From NCBI GenBank assembly GCA_964057225.1, contig OZ059896.1:7874001-7938000 (forward strand): a DNA stretch of 64,000 nt, given 5' to 3'. The first letter of the stretch is position 1. Each line of letters opens with the position of its first letter. Below are positions 14,288 to 26,312 of this stretch, piece after piece. The translations under genes were made by a program, and so were the position numbers. The notes beneath the pieces are model-generated. The model was not told the DNA's origin and made no database searches. It was given only the letters and a program-made list of their open reading frames with translations. Source of the stretch: Auanema rhodensis (lineage: Eukaryota; Animalia; Nematoda).

Positions 14288-16050
14288 GCTCCCGGGTCTG
14301 GAAGGTATGAAATATATCTATCTAATTTGAAATTATTTGAAGAAGCAAATAGATCAATGTTAGGTGTTCCCCATTCAAGGAATATTTCTTTAATGATTTC
14401 ATCATGTAAGGACCACTCCTCACTATCTAAGAACTGTCCTCTCGATAACTTGTCGGCGGAAATATTTTGTCGTCCCGGAATATGAGAAGCTTTTATTCTG
14501 ATACCGCGGACAGTGCAAAATTCCCATAACTTTAAGGCTATATCTGAGCCTTCAGCCGAACGAGTGCCTCCTCGTTTGTTAATATAAGCAATAGCCGACA
14601 TGTTATCAAGAAGTAAGGTCACGTCTACGTAACTTTTAGATTTGAGGAAGAAGGAAACCGCTTTATAAGCAGCGCTCAGTTCTCTCCAGTTAATATGAAG
14701 TTTCTTTTCTTCAATAGACCAGATTCCGGAAATTTGTTGACCGTCCATACAACCTCCATATCCTCGCAAGGAAGCGTCGGATGTTATAGTTATCGAAGGT
14801 GAAAACGGACAAAACGAAACAGGCAGATGCATTACAGTTTCCAAGATAAATTTAACTTGAGGAAATATTATGTCCAAATCTCGCGATCTATTTAACTTTT
14901 CGTTAATGTGTAAAGAAGAAGAGAGAGCTTTCAAGGATACCACACCTAGCGCACGTTGGAGAGAGTGAACGAAAAAACTGATTTCGGGATGAACAATAGC
15001 AGTAAAGTTCAATAAGCCCAACAGGGATGCAAAACATCTTAATGTGGCGTCTGGTTTATTTACCCGATCTAATGCATTTTGAATGCGATCTAACTTTGAT
15101 ACTGGTATTGACCATGTACCTTCCTGGGCATTTAGATTGATTCCCAGAAATTCTATTCTTTGAGTAGGGATTAAAATGGACTTAGTGTGGTTAACTGAGA
15201 AACCAGATTGCTTGAATAAACACAAGGCTAACTGAATATGCTCTTGTACTTGAGTGACAGATGACCCAATAAACAGCCAATCGTCTAGATAGTTAATAAT
15301 GCGAACTCCTTTACTTCGTAAATACGAAGCAAGGACTCTAACGATCTTATGAAAAGTGAATGGAGCTGAACTAAGGCCAAATGGCATGGCTTGAAAAACA
15401 TAACCAGAACCTCCAGCTCGAAAAGCTAGGAAAGGTTGATGTTCTGGATCAATAGGAACAGCATGATATGCAGACGAAAAATCTATTTTAGCTAACCAAT
15501 CCGATGGTTGTATCAATAGTGATACATCTTTAATTGATTCTAGCTTGAAGGGAAGGTCCTGCAGATATGAATTGAGTCGTCTCAGATTCAAAATAAAGCG
15601 AAACTCTCCATCTTTCTTGGGCACAACAAAAGCAGGGGATAAGAATACCTTTTCATTTTTTTGAATAGGTCTAATGGTGCCTTCTGACAGCATATCCACT
15701 ATCAATAAGTCAAGGTTTCTTGAAGAGACCGAGTTATTAAGCGAGGAATCAAAATTACTCAAAGGAGGTAGAGAACCGTTAAATGGTAAACGATAATTAA
15801 TAACTGATTGCAAAATGAACAAATCAGACGAAATAGAAAACCAAAATGAACAATGATTGGCTAATGAACGTGCAGAAAAGGAGGGAACTAACTTCGTACG
15901 TTGAGCAACAGAGCGGGAAGTAGTTTTCCTATTAACAGTGTGTCTACGGTCCGATGGTACCACACGACGTTGAGATTGCTCCGAGCGGTGTTTCATAACC
16001 TCGTTAGGTTTTCTCAGTTCGGCTCGCAGTGCTCGCCCAAACAGTTCCAC
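13996..16050 (-). CDS. DIRS reverse transcriptase - RNase H - DNA adenine methyltransferase-like protein (predicted exon 2 of a Gag-RT fusion)
   Basis: RT motifs FVVPKKDG, AKIDFSSAY, MPFGLSSAP, YLDD; RNase H TSDAS/INWREL/LDN/ADKLSR; MT-like DLFAS and YIFPPF; the ORF-track start is GTG, not ATG. Confidence 0.94.
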   Translation of the reverse strand: MELFGRALRAELRKPNEVMKHRSEQSQRRVVPSDRRHTVNRKTTSRSVAQRTKLVPSFSARSLANHCSFWFSISSDLFILQSVINYRLPFNGSLPPLSNFDSSLNNSVSSRNLDLLIVDMLSEGTIRPIQKNEKVFLSPAFVVPKKDGEFRFILNLRRLNSYLQDLPFKLESIKDVSLLIQPSDWLAKIDFSSAYHAVPIDPEHQPFLAFRAGGSGYVFQAMPFGLSSAPFTFHKIVRVLASYLRSKGVRIINYLDDWLFIGSSVTQVQEHIQLALCLFKQSGFSVNHTKSILIPTQRIEFLGINLNAQEGTWSIPVSKLDRIQNALDRVNKPDATLRCFASLLGLLNFTAIVHPEISFFVHSLQRALGVVSLKALSSSLHINEKLNRSRDLDIIFPQVKFILETVMHLPVSFCPFSPSITITSDASLRGYGGCMDGQQISGIWSIEEKKLHINWRELSAAYKAVSFFLKSKSYVDVTLLLDNMSAIAYINKRGGTRSAEGSDIALKLWEFCTVRGIRIKASHIPGRQNISADKLSRGQFLDSEEWSLHDEIIKEIFLEWGTPNIDLFASSNNFKLDRYISYLPDPGACFINSFAVNWAEVSQGYAYIFPPFSMVGKAIAKIVRDRCKAILIAPNWTSQYWFPTLKKIHKEVRVLQHPYLLRNPVGEVHPLLKSHNFQLLAWRI

Positions 16051-16059
16051 GGCCTGAGC

Positions 16060-16102
16060 CTGTAAAACAAATAATATAAGGTTAAAAGGCGGAGTGACTT
16101 AC
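16060..16102 (-). other. Predicted 43-nt spliceosomal intron joining gag in frame to RT ORF
   Basis: GTAAGT...TTATTTGTTTTACAG; phase 0 after gag codon 235; contains the gag TAA; spliced frame ...DTVLG/AQAVELFGRAL... Confidence 0.75.
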
Positions 16103-16807
16103 TCCTAGTACCGTATCAAAGGAGGAAGACGAACTAAGGCCAACTTTACGATAGTTCGGCATGCTCTGTGAAGGGCGAGAGAATCCCATTCTGAGAAGGG
16201 CAAGCTCTCGAGTTGCTCCTAAGAAAGTGCGCAGATTTGCACTGACAAAGCGTTCCAGAATTGAGAGATAACCAGCAACTTTCGGAGAAAGTGGGCCACC
16301 TTCATCATTGGATCCGAGAAAACGGATAATAGTAACGATATTCAAAACTTGTAACTCGTTTTCGTAAAGTCCTCGTAACTCCTGTTCTGATACTTTATGA
16401 AATGATCTCGTTGAGCCATCCAAAAGATTTTGAAGTTTAGAGTCCAACACCGGGAGATCTGCTAAGATGGATTCCGGGCGAGGGAGTTCTTGAATTAGTG
16501 ATGAGCGGTCCGAAGGAAGGAGAGTAATACCAGCTGCGAGATGTTCAAAGTTAGTAAGAAGATCTTCCGCAAGCGAGATAACCGGTCGTTCCTTGGAGGC
16601 TGGAGTTGAAGGAGGTAGAGGAACAGAGCTAGGTTGAGGACAAGGCCTCTGGCGCTTGACAGGCCTGAGAGATAGTGAACAGGATCTAGATGACGAAACG
16701 GATCTAGAACGTGAACGTCGAATATCTTGCTCTCGCGAAGGCGAACGCGAATAATGAGACGAAGAATCCAAATCACGGGGAGTTGAAGGTTCCCGTGAAG
16801 ACGGCAT
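16082..16807 (-). CDS. DIRS Gag-like ORF (exon 1)
   Basis: First ATG ORF after the 5' ITR; Ser/Arg/Pro-rich N-terminus followed by a helical-looking region; assigned mainly by position. Confidence 0.75.
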   Translation of the reverse strand: MPSSREPSTPRDLDSSSHYSRSPSREQDIRRSRSRSVSSSRSCSLSLRPVKRQRPCPQPSSVPLPPSTPASKERPVISLAEDLLTNFEHLAAGITLLPSDRSSLIQELPRPESILADLPVLDSKLQNLLDGSTRSFHKVSEQELRGLYENELQVLNIVTIIRFLGSNDEGGPLSPKVAGYLSILERFVSANLRTFLGATRELALLRMGFSRPSQSMPNYRKVGLSSSSSFDTVLGVSHSAF

Positions 16808-16839
16808 AGCGACCGATCAGCGTATGTCGGAAAATAAAA

Positions 16840-17015
16840 CTGATGTTTATGTGTTAGTTAGGGGGCGTGTCATTACTGGTTAGCACCACGGGTAATGATA
16901 CGCTCATTTTACAATGTGTTACGAAATACTGTTGATTTCTGTTAATTTTTGTTTTATTGATTACCGAGAAGATATGTTATTTGGAAAATAAATAGCTTAA
17001 GACATGGGATATAAT
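16840..17015 (-). repeat. DIRS 5' ITR (176 bp)
   Basis: Reverse complement of 12603-12778, no differences seen. Confidence 0.93.
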
Positions 17016-20000
17016 CAGAATCTACACATCTGAATACCCAACCTTTTGATATTTTTATTTGATCAAAGTTGATCATCTTGGAATAAACCGAACATTCACC
17101 AGGCACAACATGACTACAGCCTGAACTTTTTTGTGAACAAACCTGCTGGATAGGGTCGAGATAAACCCTTTTTCCGGAAAATAGAGAGGTCCTGGTCAAT
17201 TTTCACTAAGAATTTCAGAATCTACACATCTGAATACCCAACCTTTTGATATTTTTATTTGATCAAAGTTGATCATCTTGGAATAAACCGAACATTCACC
17301 AGGCACAACATGACTACAGTCTGAACTTTTTTGTGAACAAATCTGCTGGATAGGGTCGAGATAAACCTTTTTTCCGGAAAAGAGAGAGGTCCTGGTCAAT
17401 TTTCACTAAGAAATTCAGAATCTACACATCTGAATACCCAACCTTTTGATATTTTTATTTGATCAAAGTTGATGATCTTGGAGTAATGCGGACATTCACC
17501 AGGCACAACATGACTACAGCCTGAACTTTTTTGTGAACAAATCTGCTGGATAGGGTCGAGATAAACCTTTTTTCCGGAAAATAGAGAGGTCCTGGTCAAT
17601 TCTCACTAAGAAATTCAGAAACTACACATCTAAATACCCAACCTTTTGATATTTATATTTGATCAAAGTTGATGATCTTGGAGTAAAGCGAACATTCACC
17701 AGGCACAACATGACTACAGCCTCAACTTTTTTGTGAACAAATCTGCTGGATAGGGTCGAGATAAACCCTTTTTCCGGAATAGAGAGAGGTCCTGGTCAAT
17801 TTTCACTAAGAAATTCAGAATCTACACATCTGAATACCCAACCTTTTGATATTTTTATTTGATCAAAGTTGACGATCTTGGAGTAAAGCGGACATTCACC
17901 AGGCACAACATGACTACAGCCTGAACTTTTTTGTGAACAAACCTGCTGGATAGGGTCGAGATAAACCCTTTTTCCGGAAAATAGAGAGGTCCTGGTCAAT
18001 TCTCACTAAGAATTTCAGAATCTACACATCTGAATACCCAACCTTTTGATATTTTTATTTGATCAAAGTTGTTCATCTTGGAATAAACCGAACATTCACC
18101 AGGCACAATATGACTACAGCCTGAACTTTTTTGTGAACAAATCTGCTGGATAGGGTCAAGATAAACCCTTTGTCCGGAAAATAGAGAGGTCCTGGTCAAT
18201 TTTCACTAAGAAATTCAGAATCTACACATCTGAATACCCAACCTTTTGATATTTTTATTTGATCAAAGTTGATCATCTTGGAATAAACCGAACATTCACC
18301 AGGCACAACATGACTACAGCCTGAACTTTTTTGTGAACAAACCTGCTGGATAGGGTCGAGATAAACCCTTTTTCCGGAAAATAGAGAGGTCCTGGTCAAT
18401 TTTCACTAAGAATTTCAGAATCTACACATCTGAATACCCAACCTTTTGATATTTTTATTTGATCAAAGTTGATCATCTTGGAATAAACCGAACATTCACC
18501 AGGCACAACATGACTACAGCCTGAACTTTTTTGTGAACAAATCTGCTGGATAGGGTCGAGATAAACCCTTTTTCCCGAAAAGAGAGAGGTCCTGGTCAAT
18601 TTTCACTAAGAAATTCAGAATCTACACATCTGAATACCCAACCTTTTGATATTTTTATTTGATCAAAGTTGATCATCTTGGAATAAACCGAACATTCACC
18701 AGGCACAACATGACTACAGCCTGAACTTTTTTGTGAACAAATCTGCTGGATAGGGTCGAGATAAACCCTTTTTCCGGAAAATAGAGAGGTCCTGGTCAAT
18801 TCTCACTAAATATTTCAGAATCTACACATCTGAATACCCAACCTTTTGATATTTATATTTGATCAAAGTTGATCATCTTGGAATAAACCGAACATTCACC
18901 AGGCACAACATGACTACAGCCTGAACTTTTTTGTGAACAAACCTGCTGGATAGGGTCGAGATAAACCCTTTTTCCGGAAAATAGAGAGGTCCTGGTCAAT
19001 TCTCACTAAATATTTCAGAATCTACACATCTGAATACCCAACCTTTTGATATTTATATTTGATCAAAGTTGATGATCTTGGAGTAAAGCGAACATTCACC
19101 AGGCACAACATGACTACAGCCTGAACTTTTTTGTGAACAAATCTGCTGGATAGGGTCGAGATAAACCCTTTTTCCGGAAAAGAGAGAGGTCCTGGTCAAT
19201 TTTCACTAAGAAATTCAGAATCTACACATCTGAATACCCAACCTTTTGATATTTTTATTTGATCAAAGTTGATCATCTTGGAATAAACCGAACATTCACC
19301 AGGCACAACATGACTACAGCCTGAACTTTTTTGTGAACAAATCTGCTGGATAGGGTCGAGATAAACCCTTTTTCCGGAAAATAGAGAGGTCCTGGTCAAT
19401 TCTCACTAAATATTTCAGAATCTACACATCTGAATACCCAACCTTTTGATATTTATATTTGATCAAAGTTGATCATCTTGGAATAAACCGAACATTCACC
19501 AGGCACAACATGACTACAGCCTGAACTTTTTTGTGAACAAACCTGCTGGATAGGGTCGAGATAAACCCTTTTTCCGGAAAATAGAGAGGTCCTGGTCAAT
19601 TCTCACTAAATATTTCAGAATCTACACATCTGAATACCCAACCTTTTGATATTTATATTTGATCAAAGTTGATGATCTTGGAGTAAAGCGAACATTCACC
19701 AGGCACAACATGACTACAGCCTGAACTTTTTTGTGAACAAATCTGCTGGATAGGGTCGAGATAAACCCTTTTTCCGGAAAAGAGAGAGGTCCTGGTCAAT
19801 TTTCACTAAGAAATTCAGAATCTACACATCTGAATACCCAACCTTTTGATATTTTTATTTGATCAAAGTTGATCATCTTGGAATAAACCGAACATTCACC
19901 AGGCACAACATGACTACAGCCTGAACTTTTTTGTGAACAAACCTGCTGGATAGGGTCGAGATAAACCCTTTTTCCGGAAAATAGAGAGGTCCTGGTCAAT

Positions 20001-22905
20001 TTTCACTAAGAATTTCAGAATCTACACATCTGAATACCTAACCTTTTGATATTTTTATTTGATCAAAGTTGATCATCTTGGAATAAACCGAACATTCACC
20101 AGGCACAACATGACTACAGCCTGAACTTTTTTGTGAACAAATCTGCTGGATAGGGTCGAGATAAACCCTTTTTCCGGAAAAGAGAGAGGTCCTGGTCAAT
20201 TTTCACTAAGAAATTCAGAATCTACACATCTGAATACCCAACCTTTTGATATTTTTATTTGATTAAAGTTGACGATCTTGCAGTAAAGCGGACATTCACC
20301 AGGCACAACATGACTACAGCCTGAACTTTTTTGTGAACAAACCTGCTGGATAGGGTCGAGATAAACCCTTTTTCCGGAAAATAGAGAGGTCCTGGTCAAT
20401 TTTCACTAAGAAATTCAGAATCTACACATCTGAATACCCAACCTTTTGATATTTTTATTTGATCAAAGTTGATCATCTTGGAATAAACCGAACATTCACC
20501 AGGCACAATATGACTACAGCCTGAACTTTTTTGTGAACAAATCTGCTGGATAGGGTCAAGATAAACCCTTTGTCCGGAAAATAGAGAGGTCCTGGTCAAT
20601 TTTCACTAAGAAATTCAGAATCTACACATCTGAATACCCAACCTTTTGATATTTTTATTTGATCAAAGTTGATCATCTTGGAATAAACCGAACATTCACC
20701 AGGCACAACATGACTACAGCCTGAACTTTTTTGTGAACAAACCTGCTGGATAGGGTCGAGATAAACCCTTTTTCCGGAAAATAGAGAGGTCCTGGTCAAT
20801 TTTCACTAAGAATTTCAGAATCTACACATCTGAATACCCAACCTTTTGATATTTTTATTTGATCAAAGTTGATCATCTTGGAATAAACCGAACATTCACC
20901 AGGCACAACATGACTACAGCCTGAACTTTTTTGTGAACAAACCTGCTGGATAGGGTCGAGATAAACCCTTTTTCCGGAAAATAGAGAGGTCCTGGTCAAT
21001 TCTCACTAAGAAATTCAGAATCTACACATCTGAATACCCAACCTTTAAATATTTTTATTTGATCAAAGTTGACGATCTTGGAGTAAAGCGGACATTCACC
21101 AGGCACAACATGACTACAGCCTGAACTTTTTTGTGAACAAACCTGCTGGATAGGGTCGAGATAAACCCTTTTTCCGGAAAATAGAGAGGTCCTGGTCAAT
21201 TCTCACTAAGAATTTCAGAATCTACACATCTGAATACCCAACCTTTTGATATTTTTATTTGATCAAAGTTGATCATCTTGGAATAAACCGAACATTCACC
21301 AGGCACAACATGACTACAGCCTGAACTTTTTTGTGAACAAATCTGCTGGATAGGGTCGAGATAAACCCTTTTTCCGGAAAAGAGAGAGGTCCTGGTCAAT
21401 TTTCACTAAGAAATTCAGAATCTACACATCTGAATACCCAACCTTTTGATATTTTTATTTGATTAAAGTTGACGATCTTGCAGTAAAGCGGACATTCACC
21501 AGGCACAACATGACTACAGCCTGAACATTTTTGTGAACAAACCTGCTGGATAGGGTCGAGATAAACCCTTTTTCCGGAAAATAGAGAGGTCCTGGTCAAT
21601 TCTCACTAAGAATTTCAGAATCTACACATCTGAATACCCAACCTTTTGATATTTTTATTTGATCAAAGTTGATCATCTTGGAATAAACCGAACATTCACC
21701 AGGCACAACATGACTACAGCCTGAACTTTTTTGTGAACAAATCTGCTGGATAGGGTCGAGATAAACCCTTTTTCCGGAAAAGAGAGAGGTCCTGGTCAAT
21801 TTTCACTAAGAAATTCAGAATCTACACATCTGAATACCCAACCTTTTGATATTTTTATTTGATTAAAGTTGACGATCTTGCAGTAAAGCGGACATTCACC
21901 AGGCACAACATGACTACAGCCTGAACTTTTTTGTGAACAAACCTGCTGGATAGGGTCGAGATAAACCCTTTTTCCGGAAAATAGAGAGGTCCTGGTCAAT
22001 TTTCACTAAGAAATTCAGAATCTACACATCTGAATACCCAACCTTTTGATATTTTTATTTGATCAAAGTTGATCATCTTGGAATAAACCGAACATTCACC
22101 AGGCACAATATGACTACAGCCTGAACTTTTTTGTGAACAAATCTGCTGGATAGGGTCAAGATAAACCCTTTGTCCGGAAAATAGAGAGGTCCTGGTCAAT
22201 TTTCACTAAGAAATTCAGAATCTACACATCTGAATACCCAACCTTTTGATATTTTTATTTGATCAAAGTTGATCATCTTGGAATAAACCGAACATTCACC
22301 AGGCACAACATGACTACAGCCTGAACTTTTTTGTGAACAAACCTGCTGGATAGGGTCGAGATAAACCCTTTTTCCGGAAAATAGAGAGGTCCTGGTCAAT
22401 TTTCACTAAGAATTTCAGAATCTACACATCTGAATACCCAACCTTTTGATATTTTTATTTGATCAAAGTTGATCATCTTGGAATAAACCGAACATTCACC
22501 AGGCACAACATGACTACAGCCTGAACTTTTTTGTGAACAAATCTGCTGGATAGGGTCGAGATAAACCCTTTTTCCCGAAAAGAGAGAGGTCCTGGTCAAT
22601 TTTCACTAAGAAATTCAGAATCTACACATCTGAATACCCAACCTTTTGATATTTTTATTTGATCAAAGTTGACGATCTTGGAGTAAAGCGGACATTCACC
22701 AGGCACAACATGACTACAGCCTGAACTTTTTTGTGAACAAACCTGCTGGATAGGGTCGAGATAAACCCTTTTTCCGGAAAATAGAGAGGTCCTGGTCAAT
22801 TCTCACTAAGAAATTCAGAATCTACACATCTGAATACCCAACCTTTTGATATTTTTATTTGATCAAAGTTGATCATCTTGGAATAAACCGAACATTCACC
22901 AGGCA
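17016..22905. repeat. 200-bp satellite, continued (~29.5 monomers)
   Basis: Same monomer, register shifted by exactly 4449 bp; ends mid-monomer at ...ttcaccaggca. Confidence 0.98.
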
Positions 22906-23053
22906 TCTGAAATTCTGCCTCCAGCCTACTACGCTACGGAAGCTACGAATATATCGTATTCGCATATTTCTTAGTAGCTACGAACATACAATGACAACCA
23001 AAACTATAAAAATGAAAGAATATCTTTTGTATCAGAATAAATCGAGGAAAACG

Positions 23054-23058
23054 AAAAA
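23054..23058 (-). terminator. Pol III oligo-dT terminator (representative; present in each unit)
   Basis: ATC-TTTTT-CGTTTT immediately 3' of the tRNA. Confidence 0.8.
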
Positions 23059-23061
23059 GAT

Positions 23062-23134
23062 TGCTCCCGGTGAGGCTCGAACTCACGACCTTCAGATTAT
23101 GAGACTGACGCGCTGCCTACTGCGCTACGGAAGC
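23062..23134 (-). tRNA. tRNA-Met(CAT): Representative tRNA-Met(CAT), elongator type (first complete copy)
   Basis: 73-nt cloverleaf: acceptor GCTTCCG/CGGGAGC, D stem GCGC/GCGC, anticodon loop CTCATAA, T arm GTGAG-TTCGAGC-CTCAC; G1-C72 and T54 indicate elongator, not initiator; no encoded CCA (eukaryotic). Confidence 0.97.
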
Positions 23135-26100
23135 TACGAATATATCGTATTCGCATATTTCTTAGTAGCTACGAACATACAATGACAACCAAAACTATAA
23201 AAATGAAAGAATATCTTTTGTATCAGAATAAATCGAGGAAAACGAAAAAGATTGCTCCCGGTGAGGCTCGAACTCACGACCTTCAGATTATGAGACTGAC
23301 GCGCTGCCTACTGCGCTACGGAAGCTACGAATATATCGTATTCGCATATTTCTTAGTAGCTACGAACATACAATGACAACCAAAACTATAAAAATGAAAG
23401 AATATCTTTTGTATCAGAATAAATCGAGGAAAACGAAAAAGATTGCTCCCGGTGAGGCTCGAACTCACGACCTTCAGATTATGAGACTGACGCGCTGCCT
23501 ACTGCGCTACGGAAGCTACGAATATATCGTATTCGCATATTTCTTAGTAGCTACGAACATACAATGACAACCAAAACTATAAAAATGAAAGAATATCTTT
23601 TGTATCAGAATAAATCGAGGAAAACGAAAAAGATTGCTCCCGGTGAGGCTCGAACTCACGACCTTCAGATTATGAGACTGACGCGCTGCCTACTGCGCTA
23701 CGGAAGCTACGAATATATCGTATTCGCATATTTCTTAGTAGCTACGAACATACAATGACAACCAAAACTATAAAAATGAAAGAATATCTTTTGTATCAGA
23801 ATAAATCGAGGAAAACGAAAAAGATTGCTCACGGTGAGGCTCGAACTCACGACCTTCAGATTATGAGACTGACGCGCTGCCTACTGCGCTACGGAAGCTA
23901 CGAATATATCGTATTCGCATATTTCTTAGTAGCTACGAACATACAATGACAACCAAAACTATAAAAATGAAAGAATATCTTTTGTATCAGAATAAATCGA
24001 GGAAAACGAAAAAGATTGCTCCCGGTGAGGCTCGAACTCACGACCTTCAGATTATGAGACTGACGCGCTGCCTACTGCGCTACGGAAGCTACGAATATAG
24101 CGTGTGCGCAAATTTCTTAGTAGCTACGAACATACAATGACAACCAAAACTATAAAAATGAAAGAATATCTTTTGTATCAGAATAAATCGAGGAAAACGA
24201 AAAAGATTGCTCCCGGTGAGGCTCGAACTCACGACCTTCAGATTATGAGACTGACGCGCTGCCTACTGCGCTACGGAAGCTACGAATATATCGTATTCGC
24301 ATATTTCTTAGTAGCTACGAACATACAATGACAACCAAAACTATAAAAATGAAAGAATATCTTTTGTATCAGAATAAATCGAGGAAAACGAAAAAGATTG
24401 CTCCCGGTGAGGCTCGAACTCACGACCTTCAGATTATGAGACTGACGCGCTGCCTACTGCGCTACGGAAGCTACGAATATATCGTATTCGCATATTTCTT
24501 AGTAGCTACGAACATACAATGACAACCAAAACTATAAAAATGAAAGAATATCTTTTGTATCAGAATAAATCGAGGAAAACGAAAAAGATTGCTCCCGGTG
24601 AGGCTCGAACTCACGACCTTCAGATTATGAGACTGACGCGCTGCCTACTGCGCTACGGAAGCTACGAATATATCGTATTCGCATATTTCTTAGTAGCTAC
24701 GAACATACAATGACAACCAAAACTATAAAAATGAAAGAATATCTTTTGTATCAGAATAAATCGAGGAAAACGAAAAAGATTGCTCACGGTGAGGCTCGAA
24801 CTCACGACCTTCAGATTATGAGACTGACGCGCTGCCTACTGCGCTACGGAAGCTACGAATATATCGTATTCGCATATTTCTTAGTAGCTACGAACATACA
24901 ATGACAACCAAAACTATAAAAATGAAAGAATATCTTTTGTATCAGAATAAATCGAGGAAAACGAAAAAGATTGCTCCCGGTGAGGCTCGAACTCACGACC
25001 TTCAGATTATGAGACTGACGCGCTGCCTACTGCGCTACGGAAGCTACGAATATAGCGTGTGCGCAAATTTCTTAGTAGCTACGAACATACAATGACAACC
25101 AAAACTATAAAAATGAAAGAATATCTTTTGTATCAGAATAAATCGAGGAAAACGAAAAAGATTGCTCCCGGTGAGGCTCGAACTCACGACCTTCAGATTA
25201 TGAGACTGACGCGCTGCCTACTGCGCTACGGAAGCTACGAATATAGCGTGTGCGCAAATTTCTTAGTAGCTACGAACATACAATGACAACCAAAACTATA
25301 AAAATGAAAGAATATCTTTTGTATCAGAATAAATCGAGGAAAACGAAAAAGATTGCTCCCGGTGAGGCTCGAACTCACGACCTTCAGATTATGAGACTGA
25401 CGCGCTGCCTACTGCGCTACGGAAGCTACGAATATATCGTATTCGCATATTTCTTAGTAGCTACGAACATACAATGACAACCAAAACTATAAAAATGAAA
25501 GAATATCTTTTGTATCAGAATAAATCGAGGAAAACGAAAAAGATTGCTCCCGGTGAGGCTCGAACTCACGACCTTCAGATTATGAGACTGACGCGCTGCC
25601 TACTGCGCTACGGAAGCTACGAATATATCGTATTCGCATATTTCTTAGTAGCTACGAACATACAATGACAACCAAAACTATAAAAATGAAAGAATATCTT
25701 TTGTATCAGAATAAATCGAGGAAAACGAAAAAGATTGCTCCCGGTGAGGCTCGAACTCACGACCTTCAGATTATGAGACTGACGCGCTGCCTACTGCGCT
25801 ACGGAAGCTACGAATATATCGTATTCGCATATTTCTTAGTAGCTACGAACATACAATGACAACCAAAACTATAAAAATGAAAGAATATCTTTTGTATCAG
25901 AATAAATCGAGGAAAACGAAAAAGATTGCTCACGGTGAGGCTCGAACTCACGACCTTCAGATTATGAGACTGACGCGCTGCCTACTGCGCTACGGAAGCT
26001 ACGAATATATCGTATTCGCATATTTCTTAGTAGCTACGAACATACAATGACAACCAAAACTATAAAAATGAAAGAATATCTTTTGTATCAGAATAAATCG

Positions 26101-26312
26101 AGGAAAACGAAAAAGATTGCTCCCGGTGAGGCTCGAACTCACGACCTTCAGATTATGAGACTGACGCGCTGCCTACTGCGCTACGGAAGCTACGAATATA
26201 GCGTGTGCGCAAATTTCTTAGTAGCTACGAACATACAAGAGACAACCATAACTACAAAAATGAAATAACATCTTTTGTATCGGAATAAATCGAGGAAAAC
26301 GAAAACGATTGC

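Larger units (their letters stand above)
12567..17015 (-). mobile_element. Full-length DIRS1-type tyrosine-recombinase retrotransposon (4449 bp)
   Basis: Splits a satellite monomer at gaaatt|cagaa with no target-site duplication; ITRs, ICR, and gag, RT/RH/MT and YR ORFs all present. Confidence 0.96.

Noticed and set aside
147-22799. Dozens of 67-aa minus-strand ORFs (MTRTSLFSG...)
   Set aside because: They start at TTG, follow the 200-bp satellite period, are broken by stops in some monomers, and show no protein motif; artefact of the repeat
23062-23134. Initiator tRNA-Met or tRNA-derived SINE
   Set aside because: Lacks A1-U72, A54 and the three G-C anticodon-stem pairs of the initiator; ends in a terminator with no SINE body or tail
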